Shown in pieces: positions 29,772-32,365 of a DNA stretch of 32,365 nt. The notes beneath the pieces are model-generated. The model was not told the origin of the DNA. It saw nothing but the letters and a program-made list of their open reading frames with translations, and did no database searches. A program made the translations under genes and the position numbers. Source of the DNA: Thraustochytrium aureum (taxonomy: Eukaryota); NCBI GenBank assembly GCA_012862495.1, contig BLSG01000103.1:1-32365 (forward strand). The letters are read 5' to 3'. The first letter of the stretch is position 1. Each line of letters opens with the position of its first letter.

Positions 29772-31262
29772 CTACTCCAGAGAGCTACTAGAGGCCTTGA
29801 CTCTAGCGGCGTGCGCAGCCTTGAGCTCGGTGTGTCGCGCCATGGACAAATCATACGGCCAGAGCAAGCCGACAGACACTGCCCCGAGCAAGCCCGGGAT
29901 CAGGGCGTAGCAGAGACGAATCACCAGCTGCGCGTCGGCAGGCTGGTCCTCGTTCGGCTTGTAGCCCACAGCATCAAGCGTGATCAAGGCTGGCCCGATG
30001 AGCGCAGCGCTCGTCAACTTCTGGAGCAAGTCAAACAGGCCCTGGATCTCGCCTTCGCGGCGCGACCCATCCACGTTGCTCTCGCGCCACTCGTCCGCAT
30101 CAGCGAGATCGCCAATCATCGAAAACTTAAACACAGAAAACGCCCCGAACGCCATCCCGGCGAACGCAACCAGCACGATGTACGTGGAGAAGTCTCCTTG
30201 TCGAATTGCCACAAAAGCCACAACCAGCACAACGCTCTGAAGCGCCATCGACGCCTTGAGCAGCACGTGCTTTTCGAAGCGCTTGGCGAGCCGCACCCAC
30301 ATTGGGATGAACAAAACGCCGCACGAAATGTATGTGATCAAGACCACCTCCAGCTTGTCTTGGGCGTCAACGGCGTACTCGACAAAGTACGCGAACAAGA
30401 AGCTGTTCAGGTATGTCGCGCCGCCGTACACGGTACTCGTCAGCAAGAGCGACCGTCCGGCGCGCATGCCCCAGATCTGCACCAACAAGCGCCAGTAGTT
30501 TGTAAACACGAACAGCAAGCCGCCCCAAAAGCCGCCACCAAGTTCCCCCCGCGCTGGGAGCTCTAGGTAACGAGGCTCCCGCACGGTCACGACGCAGGCG
30601 ATCGAGACGGCCAGCGCGACGACCGCCACCACAACGCCAATCACCCGAAAGCGCTCCGCCTCGTCATCAATCCCACCGAGTGCGAGGGGCAGGCCCGCCG
30701 CGAGAACAGAGCCGAGAATCCAGATGATCTCACGGGTCGCAAACACCGATGTTTTCTCGATGTGCGCGCCCGCGGTAAGCTCCATGCCCAGCGCAAGCCA
30801 CGGAACACGCAGCATCGTTGCAGTAAGCATGATCAGGATGATGAATGCGCTGGCCCATGCGACCAGGCCGCCCGGGCTAAGGCTCGGCGGAGACAGTAGG
30901 GCAAGAGCGACCACGGCCATCCCGCAGCCCCCCAGGAAAATGAACGGGCGCCGACGACCCCACCGCGACCGGGTCATGTCGCTCATGAACCCTATCGCTG
31001 GGTCGCTGAGGGCGTCAAATACGAGCGCCGCGATTGAAATGTACCCGATTGACTCCAAGGAGACCTCGTACGTGTCGCTGTAGAGCTTTGGCACGTATGT
31101 GCCCACCATGACGGCGACGGCGGCCAGCGCTAGCGACGGGAGCGAGTACTCTACTCGCGTGCACCAGGATACGCGGAGCTCATCTTGCCCAGTGGCGTCC
31201 AACCGGCTTGCGCTGGTTTCGCCTTGCGTGTCTTCTTGGGCGACCGCCGCTTCCAGGGCCAT
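29772..31262 (-). CDS. MFS transporter of the glycoside-pentoside-hexuronide:cation symporter family (MelB/MFSD2-like), about 496 aa
   Basis: DALSDPAIGFMSDMTRSRWGRRRPFI, ALGMELT, SMIGDLADADE...G.RREG and QKLTSA; about 12 hydrophobic helices. ATG at 31262. Confidence 0.92.
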   Translation of the reverse strand: MALEAAVAQEDTQGETSASRLDATGQDELRVSWCTRVEYSLPSLALAAVAVMVGTYVPKLYSDTYEVSLESIGYISIAALVFDALSDPAIGFMSDMTRSRWGRRRPFIFLGGCGMAVVALALLSPPSLSPGGLVAWASAFIILIMLTATMLRVPWLALGMELTAGAHIEKTSVFATREIIWILGSVLAAGLPLALGGIDDEAERFRVIGVVVAVVALAVSIACVVTVREPRYLELPARGELGGGFWGGLLFVFTNYWRLLVQIWGMRAGRSLLLTSTVYGGATYLNSFLFAYFVEYAVDAQDKLEVVLITYISCGVLFIPMWVRLAKRFEKHVLLKASMALQSVVLVVAFVAIRQGDFSTYIVLVAFAGMAFGAFSVFKFSMIGDLADADEWRESNVDGSRREGEIQGLFDLLQKLTSAALIGPALITLDAVGYKPNEDQPADAQLVIRLCYALIPGLLGAVSVGLLWPYDLSMARHTELKAAHAARVKASSSSLE

Positions 31263-31830
31263 CGCTTGTCCCGTGCGACCAACCGACCCAGGGCGAGAGC
31301 GTGGCCGCGAAAGAGACGGCGAGCGAGCGCGACCGAAGGAGCGGGTTCGAACGAGCGTAACAACGACCCTGAGCTCGCCCGCCTTGCAGCGGTGCTCCAC
31401 CACAGCCTCGCTGCAACTGTGCAGGGCGCGATCCTTCGAGCACGCACCGGCCCTTCACTCGCGCGCTCGCCCTCTCGCCCTCTCGTCGCCTGCCTCGGCC
31501 AATACGCGTGTGTCTGCGGCGGCCAGGGCCTTCGCTGGGCGCGCGGTCGCACTTTCACTTTCTCTTGAAAGCGCCTCGATTCTTGCACCACAGGTGCACA
31601 TCGCATAGGCCTCTAGCTTGTGAGTCGCCCTTCGTGATGCGCGACGGCGCTGCAGGGGCCGCGATGGTGCTGCAGGCTGCATGCTGGCCGAGGCTCTTGC
31701 TTGGCGAGACTGGGGCTTTCCGGCCTCACCAGAGCGGCTCGGTAGGAGTAGACCTTTCTGTGGAGAGAGTGCTCTGCGCAGCACATTTCTCATGCAAACT
31801 GGGCTTGAGGCGGGCGCGGACGGAACTGCG

Positions 31831-31867
31831 GCTGGCTAGCTGGCTGGCTGGCTGGCTGGCTAGCTGG
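31831..31867 (+). repeat. Imperfect (GCTG)n tetranucleotide microsatellite
   Basis: gctggctagctggctggctggctggctggctagctgg. Confidence 0.85.
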
Positions 31868-31959
31868 TTCATTGATTGGTTCGTTCGTTAAGACTTCACT
31901 GATTGGCGGCTTAGCAACTGATCTGTGCCGCGGAGCTTGCCTGAAGCCCCTGCGTTGGA

Positions 31960-32365
31960 CTATTCGCATGCCTTCGGGGCGCGGAAAACGGCAAACTCCC
32001 CTGCGATGGCCGCCGAAATCGAAGTGCCAGATGCCGCGAGGGAGACAAACTCCACCCAAGCGAGGTCTGCGTGTGGCCACTGGCTGGCCAGCCCGTAGGC
32101 GATTGCAAAATGCGCTGCCGCGTCAACTGCGTCGCCGCAGGCAGCAGCGGCGAAAAGCCCCCCCGCGACCACACTGCCGCCATGCAGCTCCGAAGCCGCG
32201 CGCTTGGCGTCCTGCACGCAAATCCAGCAAGCCGCGACCCCACCAACAACAGGAAGCGCAATCAGCGCGCGGCGCCCAAGCCGCAGGCCGAGCTTTGCCG
32301 GGAGCCGAAGCGCGGATTTCGAGCTCGGCCCACCAACCGCGCGCGCAGCCTTGACTTGAAAAAGC
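31960..32365 (-). CDS. 3' part of a hypothetical membrane protein, 5' end beyond the window
   Basis: The frame is open from the window end to TAG at 31960: ...GRRALIALPVVGGVAACWICVQDAKRAASELHGGSVVAGGLFAAAACGDAVDAAAHFAIAYGL...; protein-like composition with hydrophobic helices. Confidence 0.65.
   Translation of the reverse strand, partial: LFQVKAARAVGGPSSKSALRLPAKLGLRLGRRALIALPVVGGVAACWICVQDAKRAASELHGGSVVAGGLFAAAACGDAVDAAAHFAIAYGLASQWPHADLAWVEFVSLAASGTSISAAIAGEFAVFRAPKACE

Noticed and set aside
31872..32354. Arg/Pro/Lys-rich plus-strand ORF resembling a protamine or histone H1-like protein
   Set aside because: Better explained as the antisense shadow of the minus-strand membrane protein.
1..32365. 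Prokaryotic-type systems (operons, CRISPR, defence islands), viral or transposase genes, tRNA/rRNA, or a functional gene cluster
   Set aside because: The genes are unrelated eukaryotic housekeeping or membrane genes, one with a spliceosomal intron. No repeat-spacer array, integrase/RT/capsid motif or structural RNA signature was seen; content inside the N-gaps cannot be assessed.

Overview
Eukaryotic, GC-rich, gene-dense and almost intron-free draft-genome segment with seven N-gaps. The style and gene content (tubulin polyglutamylase, giant ARM-like protein) fit a flagellated protist, plausibly a stramenopile such as a thraustochytrid; the taxon is inferred, not proven. Genes in order: a giant (~2,300 aa) ARM-like helical protein split by a gap (-), maspardin/SPG21 with one GT-AG intron (+), a probable kinetochore CENP-N/Chl4 homologue (+), a gapped unknown gene (+), SDA1 (-), a DIC/OGC/UCP-type mitochondrial carrier with a +1 frameshift (+), a GPR180/TMEM145-like 7TM protein (-), an AMT ammonium transporter with a -1 frameshift (-), a membrane-anchored YnbD-like dual-specificity phosphatase (-), a small Asp-rich type I membrane protein (-), ESS2/DGCR14 (+, gapped), a TTLL4-like polyglutamylase (+), a MelB/GPH-family MFS transporter (-) and a partial membrane protein running off the right end (-). 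I found no rRNA, tRNA, CRISPR array or clear transposase, and no convincing new multi-gene system. The best leads are the divergent CENP-N, the MFS transporter with an altered sugar-binding site, the giant ARM-like protein, two palindrome-rich intergenic segments and the two homopolymer frameshifts.
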